Below the pieces are notes generated by a model. That model worked only from the letters and a program-made list of their open reading frames with translations, was not told where the DNA came from and did no database searches. This document shows, in pieces, positions 1 to 9,236 of a stretch of DNA of 64,000 nt. The position numbers and the translations under genes were made by a program. The DNA comes from Gammaproteobacteria bacterium. GTDB taxonomy: Bacteria > Pseudomonadota > Gammaproteobacteria > Steroidobacterales > GCA-2729495. Positions within the stretch are counted from its first letter, which is position 1; every line of letters starts with the position of its first letter. The stretch spans positions 36,221 through 100,220 of the forward strand of contig JAWKZI010000010.1 in NCBI GenBank assembly GCA_041396045.1, in the 5' to 3' direction.

Positions 1-442
1 CGTCATCGCCGCGACCTGCCTCAACCAGCGAATGCGCCAGATTGCAGCGCACTTCCAGATCGTCGGGATCCAGCGCAATGACCTGACGGTAAACCGCAAT
101 AGCTGCCAGCACATGTCCCCGGTGCTGCAACAACGCACCCAGATTGGCCAGCGCTTTGCGTGACTCCGGATTCCGCTCCACTGCTTCCCGAAATGCCGCC
201 TCCGCCAGTTGCAGATAACCGGCAGCGAGGTAGCTAAGGCCAAGTTCAGCACAGGGTTCGGGGTCGCTGTCCGCGGCAGCCACGGCCTTGCGCAACAACC
301 GCAGCGATGCCGCCAGATCGCCGCTGTCACGCGCCAGAACGCCCCGCAATCGCAAGGCCTGTGGCTGGAGCGGCTCGGCCCTGAGTACCTGCGCATAAAG
401 CGCATCGGCCTCACGCTCCCGCCCGGCGCGATGCAGGGCCAT
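1..442 (-). CDS. TPR-repeat protein, N-terminal part (gene continues past the left edge)
   Basis: The minus-strand frame stays open from the ATG at 442 to position 1. My translation MALHRAGREREADALYAQVLRAEPLQPQALRLRGVLARDSGDLAASLRLLRKAV...AEAAFREAVERNPESRKALANLGALLQHRGHVLAAIAVYRQVIALDPDD is a series of TPR-like helix pairs. It is absent from the ORF track because it is truncated. Confidence 0.6.
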   Translation of the reverse strand, partial: MALHRAGREREADALYAQVLRAEPLQPQALRLRGVLARDSGDLAASLRLLRKAVAAADSDPEPCAELGLSYLAAGYLQLAEAAFREAVERNPESRKALANLGALLQHRGHVLAAIAVYRQVIALDPDDLEVRCNLAHSLVEAGRGDD

Positions 443-471
443 CGCCTGCCGCAAAGCTGCCTCGGGCGTAC

Positions 472-990
472 TCAGTTTTCGCGCAGCCACTTTTGCTTGG
501 CGCCGAATCCCAGCTTCCACAACCAGGTTTCGGTATACAGGATGCGATCCGGCGTTACTTTGAGAACCTGGCGCTCGAAAGGTTTGCTGGTGTCCATGGC
601 CAGATCGCTCATCCACTCATGCCATCGGAAGATCTTCATGCCGTGGTTCCAGCCCGACGCATGTGGCTCAATGATCGTGGCACGACCAAATATCTGTGCG
701 CCGCGGGCACTGTGCCAGCCGTGGTACGCACCGTGCACCGCAACCGAGATGTGGGGATCGCGCTGCAATGACTTGAGCTTCGGCGTACCGGGATCAGGCA
801 ACATGTACAGATCCAGACCATCGGCATAGAACTCGATCGGACTGGCTATGGGCTGGCCCTTGCTGTTGACGGTTGCCATGACACACATGTTGTTCGAACC
901 CAGAAGTTGCTGAATCCGGTCTTCCAGCTGGTCGCGCGGCAAGTCGGTGGTGGGCCAGGGTGGCTCGACCCAGCGATACGCAGTACTCAT
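472..990 (-). CDS. pyridoxamine 5'-phosphate oxidase-like (FMN-binding split-barrel) family protein
   Basis: 172-aa ORF. The segments MCVMATVNSKGQPIASPIEFYADGLDLYM and GAQIFGRATII fit the PNPOx-like split-barrel pattern. Family call from memory, not searched. Confidence 0.6.
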   Translation of the reverse strand: MSTAYRWVEPPWPTTDLPRDQLEDRIQQLLGSNNMCVMATVNSKGQPIASPIEFYADGLDLYMLPDPGTPKLKSLQRDPHISVAVHGAYHGWHSARGAQIFGRATIIEPHASGWNHGMKIFRWHEWMSDLAMDTSKPFERQVLKVTPDRILYTETWLWKLGFGAKQKWLREN

Positions 991-1063
991 TTGATCACCT
1001 TCATGGAGATTCTCCAGTAGAGTGGATTGACAGTTCCGACCGCTATTCTAGGGAGAAACCGCG

Positions 1064-1609
1064 ATGCCGTACCGACCGATTCCGTATACCCGCGGCTATG
1101 GACTGTGCAAGGCATCAATAACAATGATGCTGGGGATTGTGATCGGTACCACGATGGCCGGCACGGCAGCCGGTGAAACAGCTGATGCCGTCGTCCAAAG
1201 TCCGGGACCCGGAAATTCCGGCCTCAGCCGCCTGAATATCGTCCTGGACGGTACTCGCCTGTTGATCACCCTGGTTGGCCCGGCCCGGGACTTCAGCGGA
1301 CTGGAACACCCGCCGGACGTGATGAAAAGTGGTGCGACCTTGTTTCTTATGCCATCGGATGCCTGGTGCAGACCCGTATCGGCTGCAGTGTCTACCGCTA
1401 CTGAAGATGGATCACCAGTCGCCGCATTGCAAGCGACCTGGCAGTTTCAATGCAGTGAACCCGCGGCGCTGAACTGGATCGAGGCACATCTGTTGGCAGT
1501 TTTTCCAGACACGCAAAAACTGGCAACCAGCGTGACCACTCCCGATGGCACCAAATCCGTGGTGCTGACGCCGGGCACACCGCGCATCCTTCTGCCGCGC
1601 CCGAAGTAG
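1064..1609 (+). CDS. secreted protein, DUF2796/ZrgA-like (possible periplasmic metal-binding protein)
   Basis: 181-aa ORF with an internal signal-like segment MMLGIVIGTTMAGTAAG (alternative start 1124). DFSGLEHPPD resembles the GFEH motif of DUF2796. Weak call. Confidence 0.4.
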   Translation: MPYRPIPYTRGYGLCKASITMMLGIVIGTTMAGTAAGETADAVVQSPGPGNSGLSRLNIVLDGTRLLITLVGPARDFSGLEHPPDVMKSGATLFLMPSDAWCRPVSAAVSTATEDGSPVAALQATWQFQCSEPAALNWIEAHLLAVFPDTQKLATSVTTPDGTKSVVLTPGTPRILLPRPK

Positions 1610-1615
1610 CCGCAC

Positions 1616-2557
1616 CTACAGGTGGGCCAGGTTGGCGAGCTCGCGACGCCGTTCGGCGTAGGCGACGTCTTCGACCCACAGGCGTTGCGCGCGGCGTTCT
1701 AGCCATGGGCGCACCCAACGGGCGAAGCGCACGGCGTGCCGGAACTGCGGCCGGTCGGAGGTTGCCAGCGTGGCTTCAATCACCGCACAGCGCAGGGCAT
1801 CGATGGGTGTCGCATGAGTCTCCACAACCGATCCGGTACCGTCACCGGCCACGATGGTCATGACGATGGTACGTGGGTCCGGGCAGTGAAAGCGCGCATC
1901 AACTTCCACTGCCAATCGGCCGACCACAGCGAAAGACACGCGCACGGTGATCTCGTCGTCCAGACGCTCGACGACACGCAGACTGCGAAAGGTGTGCGGG
2001 TGATAGTGCGTGCCGTGCCAGGGATCCAGACGATTTGCCAGCAGATCCTCCGGCCGACACCGTGCTTCCAGGCGCACAACGGCATCTATATAACGCCCTG
2101 GTCGCGCAGGCAGCACAGGTGCTTCGGCGGGTGCTTCGCCTGCATCGTCAATGCGCACCCAGACCAGTACGCCATCGTCGTACACCGGCAACGGTCGCCA
2201 GCTGCCGCGCGGCTTGTCGTCCAGTTCCATGCCATGCCATGGGCAGATCAGACGACCATGACGTACACACCCCCCGGCCAGGGATGCGCCCATGTGTGGA
2301 CAGGCATCCGGTGCTGCCAGCAGGCCATTGCTACCCTGCCAAAACACGAGTACGTGGCCGTTCACCACATAACGACGGGGTTTCGCCGAAAAGCGGCGAC
2401 GGTCATCCACCACAAACCAGCCACCACCACTGCGTTCAAGCGCAGTATTGAGTGCACCCTCTATCCAGCGCGGCTCAGCCTGCTGCCAGTCCGGCAATGA
2501 CGAAACCACCGGCAATGGCGGCAGACGTCGTCCGAAAAGTATCAATCCATCACTCAT
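1616..2557 (-). CDS. Rieske [2Fe-2S] non-heme-iron oxygenase-like protein
   Basis: Rieske motif CPHMGASL...CPWHG, plus DPWHGTHYHPH resembling the mononuclear-iron site. Start trimmed to the ATG at 2557, which overlaps the upstream stop (ATGA at 2554-2557). Confidence 0.75.
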   Translation of the reverse strand: MSDGLILFGRRLPPLPVVSSLPDWQQAEPRWIEGALNTALERSGGGWFVVDDRRRFSAKPRRYVVNGHVLVFWQGSNGLLAAPDACPHMGASLAGGCVRHGRLICPWHGMELDDKPRGSWRPLPVYDDGVLVWVRIDDAGEAPAEAPVLPARPGRYIDAVVRLEARCRPEDLLANRLDPWHGTHYHPHTFRSLRVVERLDDEITVRVSFAVVGRLAVEVDARFHCPDPRTIVMTIVAGDGTGSVVETHATPIDALRCAVIEATLATSDRPQFRHAVRFARWVRPWLERRAQRLWVEDVAYAERRRELANLAHL

Positions 2558-4101
2558 GACAATGCCGATCTGCCGCGTACCAGTGGTCCCTGCGTAGCCA
2601 CTGACCACAACGGCTCTGGCCATACATCCAGTTCATTGAGCAAGGTATTCGCGGCCAGAATGCCGGCTGACACAGCGCGTTCCATCAGCGCTGTTGGAAA
2701 AGACAACTTCACAAAATCCCCGGCAATACACAATCCGGCATACGGCGTGGGCACTTCCGGTCGCAGCGCATGGCTACCCGGTGCAAAAGCCGGACAGTCC
2801 TGGCGCAGCAGAAAGCGGTCTTCGATGATCGATGCGGCTGACGTTTCGGGGTACAACTCATGCAGGCCAGCCAGCAAACGTTTCTTGAGTTCAGTCCCGG
2901 CGGTGCCAGCCGCCAAAGCGTAGGCATGTAATTCCACAACGGAACCACCAGTCCGGGTGGCCCAGGCTCGACTTTCGTCTTCCAGGTTCTCGTAAATGGA
3001 TATGTTGTCCAGGGGTCCTACGCCAGCAGTGCCAGCGAAGCCGGCTCGCCCGGCCGCAGCAGGTCGATCCAGCCAGAGCCGCCAGACTGCAAAGGCATTG
3101 GTGACCCGCAGTGAATCGATCCGCTGCCGCCACTGTGCATCGTCAATGCCCTGCGATGCACCGACGATGCCCTTGAGACCGTCAACATCGGTCGCCAGCA
3201 CGACAAAATCCGCAGCCAGCGTTTCGCTGTCAGTTTCAACCACCCACCGCGCCGCATCGGGCCCGTCAGCTTGCCGAACGATAGCGCGCGCTTCGCATCC
3301 TGTGCGCAACTCCACGCCCAGCCGCGTCAGCATATCGGCCAGCGGGCTGAAGATACCGGTTGAGAACGGCGTGTTTGCCACGTCAAAGACCAGACCATCG
3401 TGATTGGCAGTGAAGTAGAAGTGCAGCATCTGCAGAAGTTCGGCAGCCGACATGTCTGCCTGCGGGTTAAAGCAGGAATGTGCGAATACATGCAGAAGGC
3501 GCTGACGTGCCAGTGGCGGAAAGTTGAGTGAATCCAGATACGCACCGGCCGTCACCTGATCGAACTCGGCGTAGGTCCGCGGCCGATCGAAGCGCAGCAT
3601 GGCGAGAGCGGCTGGGACGTTCACCTTCATCAGATCGCGAATGCCCAGTGTTTCGGTACGCCAGGTCAGCTTGGCGACATTGAAGATCGGCGCGTGGGTC
3701 AGTCCGGCAAAGGACTCATTCCCGGTCGGCGTCAGGATCGGGTAATCGGTGGTTGGCTTCAGAAAGCCCAGCGACGGGTCAATGCGCCGCAAGAGTTGCC
3801 GCAGGTTGTAGTACTGGCGAAAGAAGGCGTGAAAACCGCGCTCCATCTCGAAAGCAGTCCCGTCACGCAATCGATCGGACCAGGCGCCGGCGCGCCCCCC
3901 GAGAAATGTCGATCGTTCCAGCACGGAAACCCGCACGCCGCGTTCTGCCAGCACCAAAGCGGCCGCCAGCCCCGCCAGCCCGCCACCAATCACTACCGCC
4001 GTCGTCGGTGCCCCGGCCGCAGGCAATTGGCCGCGCAATGCAGGCAGCAGGACGGGTCGGGCATGGCGCGACGGAGCAGATAACGGCGTCGGCAACGGCA
4101 T
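2554..4101 (-). CDS. FAD-dependent oxidoreductase, amine-oxidase/phytoene-desaturase superfamily (CrtU/CruE-like)
   Basis: Dinucleotide-binding fold VVIGGGLAGLAAALVLAERGVRVSVLERSTFLGGRAG. The 593-aa ORF is trimmed to the ATG at 4101 (MPLPTPL...), which removes the overlap with the DMT gene. Confidence 0.75.
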   Translation of the reverse strand: MPLPTPLSAPSRHARPVLLPALRGQLPAAGAPTTAVVIGGGLAGLAAALVLAERGVRVSVLERSTFLGGRAGAWSDRLRDGTAFEMERGFHAFFRQYYNLRQLLRRIDPSLGFLKPTTDYPILTPTGNESFAGLTHAPIFNVAKLTWRTETLGIRDLMKVNVPAALAMLRFDRPRTYAEFDQVTAGAYLDSLNFPPLARQRLLHVFAHSCFNPQADMSAAELLQMLHFYFTANHDGLVFDVANTPFSTGIFSPLADMLTRLGVELRTGCEARAIVRQADGPDAARWVVETDSETLAADFVVLATDVDGLKGIVGASQGIDDAQWRQRIDSLRVTNAFAVWRLWLDRPAAAGRAGFAGTAGVGPLDNISIYENLEDESRAWATRTGGSVVELHAYALAAGTAGTELKKRLLAGLHELYPETSAASIIEDRFLLRQDCPAFAPGSHALRPEVPTPYAGLCIAGDFVKLSFPTALMERAVSAGILAANTLLNELDVWPEPLWSVATQGPLVRGRSALS

Positions 4102-4106
4102 CGGCG

Positions 4107-4550
4107 TCAGTTCCGCACGATAAGAACGACGCCGATGATCAGCAACACAGCACCCAGCAGTCGCCAGCCACTGATGGCATGCTCGCTGAAGCCCACCCAG
4201 CCAAAATGATCGAGCACCAGTGACGCCAGAAGCTGGCCACCCACGATCAGGGACAGCAAGGTTGCCGAGCCCAGACGTGGGCCCAACAGCGCAGCAACCG
4301 CAACATACGCAGCACCGAGGAGTCCGCCGGTCCACTGCACCGGAGGCACGGCCCGTATAACCCCCACCGACGGCCAGGTCACGCGAAGCACAATGAGGTA
4401 AACCAGCAATGCTGCCGTCCCCACCAGAAAACTGGCGAGCGCAGCGAGGCCCGCGTCACCGAATTGCTCGCGCAACTGTGCGTTGAGACCAACCTGTACC
4501 GAGAGTCCGGCGCCGATCAGTATCGCCAGAAAAATGAGCGGCAAATTCAC
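4107..4550 (-). CDS. DMT-superfamily small membrane transporter (YdcZ/DUF606-like)
   Basis: 147 aa, about 5 hydrophobic helices (MNLPLIFLAILIGAGLSVQVGLNAQL...). GTG start overlaps the gabT stop by 4 nt. Confidence 0.7.
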   Translation of the reverse strand: MNLPLIFLAILIGAGLSVQVGLNAQLREQFGDAGLAALASFLVGTAALLVYLIVLRVTWPSVGVIRAVPPVQWTGGLLGAAYVAVAALLGPRLGSATLLSLIVGGQLLASLVLDHFGWVGFSEHAISGWRLLGAVLLIIGVVLIVRN

Positions 4551-5887
4551 CCGTTGGGGCTCGTTGCAGTCGAAGGTGCGCCCAGAATTCCGGCCAGAAT
4601 TCTGGCCAGGGTACGGTCCAGGATGTCCAGGCCCTCCTGGATCACTTCATCACTGGCAGTCAGTGCGACCAGGAAGCGCACAACGTTTTTGTGATGCCCA
4701 CACGCCAGCAACACCAGACCGTTGCGGCCCGCAGCCTGAACCAACTCGCGAGTCAGGTCAGGATCCGGTCGATCAGCCTGGCCATCCCTGACCAGTTCCA
4801 TCGCCACCATCGCACCCAGGCCCCGTACATCACCGATGCAGACATGGCGTTTGGCGAGGCTCTTGAGTCGTTTCGTCAGAAGAGCGCCGATGTGAATCGC
4901 GCGTTCTGGCAACTGCTCTGCTTCCATGGCATCCAGAACCGCCAGCGCGGCCGCACAGGCAATTGGTGAGGCTGCGTAGGTACCACCAAGGCCACCCGGC
5001 GGCGGCGCATCCATGATCGTTGCCTTGCCGACCACGCCAGCGAGCGGGAAGCCGCCGGCCAGACTTTTCGCCATCGTCATCAGATCAGGCTCCACGCCCG
5101 CATGCTCCATGGCAAACATGCGGCCCGTACGCCCGAAACCAGTCTGGATCTCATCAGCAATCAGCACGATGCCGTGCCGGTCGCAGAGTTTGCGGAGCGC
5201 CACGAGAAAGTCTGGCGGTGCGATGTAGAAGCCCCCCTCGCCTTGCACGGGCTCCACGATGATTGCCGCACAGCGTGCAGGCTCCAGATCCTCGGCAAAA
5301 ATCCGTTCTATACCTGCCAGTGCATCGGCCACGCTGATGCCGTGATAGGCAATCGGGAAGGGCGCATGAAAAAGCTCGGCCGGAAAGGGTCCGAAACCGG
5401 ACTTGTAGGGTGCCACTTTGCCGGTCAGGCCCATCGCCAGCATTGTTCGACCATGAAATCCGCCACCGAAACTGATCACCCCAGTACGACCGGTGTGCAC
5501 ACGGGCGATCTTGACGGCATTCTCCACAGCCTCGGCACCGGTTGTTACGAGCAGCGTCTTCTTCGGCGTGTTGCCCGGGGCTAACGCGTTAAGCCGCTCG
5601 GCCAGCGCAATCGCCGACTCATACGGTGTAACCATAAAGCAGGTATGGCTGAATCGTTCGAGCTGGGTCCGCACCGCGTCCCGCACGCCAGGGTGCAGAT
5701 GGCCGGTATTGAGCACGGCAATACCACTGCCAAAGTCAATGTAGCGGCGCCCTTCAACGTCCCATAGTTCAGCATTCGCCGCTCGATCTATATGGATAGC
5801 AAGCTGACTCGACATGCCGCGGGCCATGGCCTGCTCGCGGCGTTGTTGCAGCTCACGGTTGCTGGTTCCGACGACTTTTCTGTTCAT
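4547..5887 (-). CDS. gabT: 4-aminobutyrate aminotransferase (class III PLP aminotransferase)
   Basis: 446 aa. Contains LIADEIQTGFGRTGRMFAMEH...TMAKSLAGGFPLAGVVG (PLP-lysine region) and GLGGTYAASPIACAAALAVLD, typical of GabT. Confidence 0.85.
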   Translation of the reverse strand: MNRKVVGTSNRELQQRREQAMARGMSSQLAIHIDRAANAELWDVEGRRYIDFGSGIAVLNTGHLHPGVRDAVRTQLERFSHTCFMVTPYESAIALAERLNALAPGNTPKKTLLVTTGAEAVENAVKIARVHTGRTGVISFGGGFHGRTMLAMGLTGKVAPYKSGFGPFPAELFHAPFPIAYHGISVADALAGIERIFAEDLEPARCAAIIVEPVQGEGGFYIAPPDFLVALRKLCDRHGIVLIADEIQTGFGRTGRMFAMEHAGVEPDLMTMAKSLAGGFPLAGVVGKATIMDAPPPGGLGGTYAASPIACAAALAVLDAMEAEQLPERAIHIGALLTKRLKSLAKRHVCIGDVRGLGAMVAMELVRDGQADRPDPDLTRELVQAAGRNGLVLLACGHHKNVVRFLVALTASDEVIQEGLDILDRTLARILAGILGAPSTATSPNG

Positions 5888-5911
5888 TGCCCTATTGTAC
5901 GGCGTTGGCGA

Positions 5912-6769
5912 CTACTTCCATGCGGCGCGGAAATCCCGGTGTACGGCCAGCGGATCTTCACGGGAATCGGCTGATCGGGCCACTTCCGCGGGCCGGTAGC
6001 CGGACTCGATGGCCAGCACCCGGACTTCCTGCCCGGCCACCGTGAAGCGGACCCGCCATTCCTTGACCTTCAACCGGTAGTCCGGCCCGTCGCGACGAAT
6101 TCTGCGGTACGCATGTGGTTGGGGACCCAGGGTCAGGGTTGCGGCGATGCGCTCCCTGAGCGGCAGTCCGGTACGAGCCTCCACCCAGGCTGCCTGGGCA
6201 GCCGCGAGGTCTGCAAAAGTTACCGCCCATGCCGGAATCGGGTCGCTCGGGGTGATGCCACGCGCGCTGTCCGTAACGGTGCCGGTCGCCACCTGCTCTC
6301 GCAACCGGGCCTCGTCCTCCAGCCATCCGGTCGCGGCGTCCGGATAGGCGTCCGTGTAGGGCACATAGGGCTTGATGTCGAGTACGGGTGTGCCGTCTAC
6401 GAGATCGATATCGGCAACATGCAGGGTCAAACCTTCAATGCACGTCAATCTCACTGCCGACAATCCCAGCGGATTCGGTCGATGCGGCGATCGGGTGGCA
6501 AATACCCCTTTGCGGCCGGAGACACTCCGGGGCGGCAACACCTTGGGACGCCACGCCTCGTTCAGGTGAAACCAGAACACCACCCAGATACGTTCCCAGC
6601 CTTCCAGATCTTCCAGAGCGTGCTCGAAATGACGACCCGGATAGAGTTCGATGCGTCCCGTGGCACGGCTGGCGGCTGGCTGGCGGGCCGCCTCGGCTTT
6701 GGACTTCAGATCGCTGCGAACGATGCCGATTGGTCGCAGCTGTAGTTCATCAATTGCCACCGTGGACAT
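5912..6769 (-). CDS. trmO: tRNA (t6A37-N6)-methyltransferase TrmO/TsaA family, with C-terminal extension
   Basis: IGIVRSDLKS..., RPKVLPPRS..GVFATRSPHRPNPLGLSAV and DGTPVLDIKPYVPYTDA match the TrmO fold. Start placed at MSTVAIDEL (6769) rather than 6835. Confidence 0.8.
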   Translation of the reverse strand: MSTVAIDELQLRPIGIVRSDLKSKAEAARQPAASRATGRIELYPGRHFEHALEDLEGWERIWVVFWFHLNEAWRPKVLPPRSVSGRKGVFATRSPHRPNPLGLSAVRLTCIEGLTLHVADIDLVDGTPVLDIKPYVPYTDAYPDAATGWLEDEARLREQVATGTVTDSARGITPSDPIPAWAVTFADLAAAQAAWVEARTGLPLRERIAATLTLGPQPHAYRRIRRDGPDYRLKVKEWRVRFTVAGQEVRVLAIESGYRPAEVARSADSREDPLAVHRDFRAAWK

Positions 6770-7691
6770 TACTGCTGGCGGTGCCGGTGGAGCCAGTGGC
6801 AAAGGCGGCAATATGCCCGGCGAGTGCCTCGCCACAATCCTCGATCAGGTAGAAATTCGCATTGTCGAGCAGCGCGTGCGGTTGTCCGCTGGCACCCGGC
6901 AGATGGGCCAGTAGGCGTTCCGGACCCATGGCGCTGCCGGCAAAGGATGCGCTGTAAAGTGTCAGCACCGGTGTTTGCCAGTTGGCCAGCACCTCCCATG
7001 CGCGTCGATTGGCAATCGCGGCCGGATCGTCCGCCATGATGGGCAGAATCATCGGGAAACGTCGCGGCCCCGTCTTGTAACTTTCATCGGGATAAGGCGC
7101 GTCATAGGCAGCGATGATCTCCGGCTTCAGTTTGTTGACGACACCGTCGTTGACCATTTCGCCCTGTGGAAATCTTGGCAGCGCGAACTGTTGCTCGCGC
7201 CACTTGATGAACCAGTCCCGGCCCGTGCCCTGTCCGGTAGGCAGGGTGGTGATAGCAACGCCACCCTGCCGAAGAACTCAGGCCGCTCCGCCGCAATGCG
7301 CAGTCGAAGAAACCGCCCCAGTCAAACAGGTAGGCAGTGACGTCACGCATTTCCAGGCCATCGAAAAATCTGTCAACCAGTCTATGTGTTGCTGAAAGCT
7401 GTAGTCCCCGGTGGATGGCAGCTTGTCCGAGCGGCCGAAACCGATGTAGTCAGGGGCGATCACCCCGAAAGCCACTGGCGACCAGCAACGGGGTCATCTG
7501 CCGGTATATGTACGACCAGCCTGCCGTGCAGCAGTACAACCGGTGCCTCAGCCGGCCCTTCGTCAGATAGTGCATGCGCAGTTGGCCGAAGCGTTCATCC
7601 GGTACATCGAGGTAATGCGGCTTGAAGGCATAGTCCGGAAGCTGTGCGAATCGCGCATCCGGTGTGCGCAGGGTTTGCTGGTGACTGACAT
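6750..7691 (-). pseudogene. haloalkane dehalogenase, DhlA/DhmA-like (HLD-I), disrupted by at least six or seven frame changes
   Basis: Fragments in three minus frames read colinearly: MSVTS / QQTLRTPDARFAQLPDYAFKPHYLDVPDERFGQLRMHYL / DEGPAEAPVVLLHG / WSYIYRQMTPLLVASGFR / VIAPDYIGFGRSDKLPSTGDYSFQQHID / LVDRFFDGLEMRDVTAYLFDWGGFF / LRIAAERPEFFGR / GVAITTLPTGQGTGRDWFIKWREQQFALPRFPQGEMVNDGVVNKLKPEIIAAYDAPYPDESYKTGPRRFPMILP. An AGGAGA RBS lies about 10 nt before the ATG at 7691. Confidence 0.75.
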
Positions 7692-7734
7692 TGGTTAAGC
7701 TTCTCCTGCGTCTGGCTGAAGTGTCGCCCGGGCC

Positions 7735-8310
7735 TTAACCGCGACTGCCCAAGGTCTCGGTGGCCACCGCCGCCGGTGCTGCCTCCAGCGGCACCCGCAG
7801 GGTTGCATTCCAGCGGTTCAGAAATCCAAACAGGCCGATAACTGCCACGATTTCCGCGACCTGGCGCGGTGAGTAATGATTCATCAGGTCTGCCAGCTCT
7901 TCGTCGCCTGCGCTGACGCCGTTCGGCGCCAGCCCACCACCGCGAGCCACGCGCAAGGCGGCCCGTTCTGCGGTAGTAAATAATGGGGAATAGTCAAACT
8001 CCCAGACCGCTGCCTGCTTTTCCGGCGCTACACCATCGAGCTTGAGACCATGCGCGTTGTGCGCCACGCAATACTGACATCCACCCGCCGCACTGGCGAT
8101 CAGCCCGACCATGCGCTTCAGTTCCATGGACACTTCACCAGGCGCCCACACTGTGAAGACCAGCGGACCCAGCACCCGCAACAGGTCCGGCCAGTGAGCC
8201 ATGACCAGCACGTCGTTGGGCGCAAAGCCCATCTGTGCCGTTGCGGCCGTGAACATCGCACGCAGGTCGTCGGGCAACTCCTCGAGCGTCAGGGGCGGCA
8301 GCCGGATCAT
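7735..8310 (-). CDS. carboxymuconolactone decarboxylase / AhpD-like family protein
   Basis: [10 protein letters not shown] (CxxC of AhpD-like proteins). Start trimmed to [12 protein letters not shown] at 8310, which overlaps the upstream stop (ATGA at 8307-8310). Confidence 0.75.
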   Translation of the reverse strand: MIRLPPLTLEELPDDLRAMFTAATAQMGFAPNDVLVMAHWPDLLRVLGPLVFTVWAPGEVSMELKRMVGLIASAAGGCQYCVAHNAHGLKLDGVAPEKQAAVWEFDYSPLFTTAERAALRVARGGGLAPNGVSAGDEELADLMNHYSPRQVAEIVAVIGLFGFLNRWNATLRVPLEAAPAAVATETLGSRG

Positions 8311-9200
8311 TGCGCGGTTCTGGTTGCGCTTCTGGTCTGGTTCCTGATCCAGGCAGCCAGTGCGGCTGATATTTCCCTGGGGGAATCTTCCTGAATGAAG
8401 TGAATACCAGGCACCGAAACCTCCGTCTGATTCGGCCAGGTACGGCAAAACTCCCGCTGGGCGCCGACCAGAATCGCGCCCGGGTCGGCATTGATAAACA
8501 GCTTTGGAATCCGGTTGCTTGCCATCCAGCCTGCATATTGCTGAACGATGGCGACTACATCAGCCGGTTCGCCATCGATGGGCAGTTCTCGTGGCCAGGT
8601 CAGCATGGCCCGGCGCGACTCGCCAGCTTGCAGAAACGGCCGGCGATATTCCTCCATCTCGGCGTCCGTCAGTGTGCGCTGAATGGAGCCCGGCAATATG
8701 CGTTCTACAAACACGTTCTTCTGCAGGATCAGCTCTTCGCCCTTCTCCGAACGCAAGCCCTTGAAGATCCCCTGACTCGGTGCCGGCCACTCGGCCCACG
8801 ACACCGGACGGACGATCGCTTCCATATACGCGATGCCGGCCACCCGTTCGGCATGCAGCCTGGCCCAGTGAAATCCCAGTGCAGAGCCCCAGTCGTGCAG
8901 CACCAGCGTCACGCGCGGACCCAGATTCAGTTCGTCCAGCAGTGCGTCCAGATACCGGTAGTGATCGCTGAATGAATATTGCTTTCGGAGCCGCTCCGGC
9001 CCGGACGATGTCAGCTTGTCCGAATCTCCCATGCCGATCAGATCCGGCGCAACGCACCGCCCCATGGACTCAAGGGCCGGCATGATGTTTCGCCAGAGGT
9101 AAGAGGATGTCGGATTGCCATGGAGAAAAACGATGGCATCGCCATCGCCCTTTTGCACCCAGGCCATCTGGTGGCCAAAAATCTTCCGGTGGTTCTTCAT
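8307..9200 (-). CDS. haloalkane dehalogenase, DhaA/LinB-like (HLD-II), intact
   Basis: 297 aa. [29 protein letters not shown] and [12 protein letters not shown] (nucleophile Asp-Trp) are the HLD-II signature. Confidence 0.85.
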   Translation of the reverse strand: MKNHRKIFGHQMAWVQKGDGDAIVFLHGNPTSSYLWRNIMPALESMGRCVAPDLIGMGDSDKLTSSGPERLRKQYSFSDHYRYLDALLDELNLGPRVTLVLHDWGSALGFHWARLHAERVAGIAYMEAIVRPVSWAEWPAPSQGIFKGLRSEKGEELILQKNVFVERILPGSIQRTLTDAEMEEYRRPFLQAGESRRAMLTWPRELPIDGEPADVVAIVQQYAGWMASNRIPKLFINADPGAILVGAQREFCRTWPNQTEVSVPGIHFIQEDSPREISAALAAWIRNQTRSATRTAQ

Positions 9201-9236
9201 TGATACGGGCCCGCTTTTGTCAGCCTTGTTTGGACG

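Noticed and set aside
209-829. 206-aa plus-strand ORF at the left end
   Set aside because: It lies antisense to two minus-strand genes (TPR protein, PNPOx-like protein) that have recognisable repeats and motifs.
2558-2623. Upstream extension of the Rieske ORF, and the 4102-4335 extension of the flavoprotein ORF
   Set aside because: Both extensions overlap the neighbouring genes. The internal ATGs at 2557 and 4101 give canonical ATGA coupling or short spacing and retain all conserved motifs.
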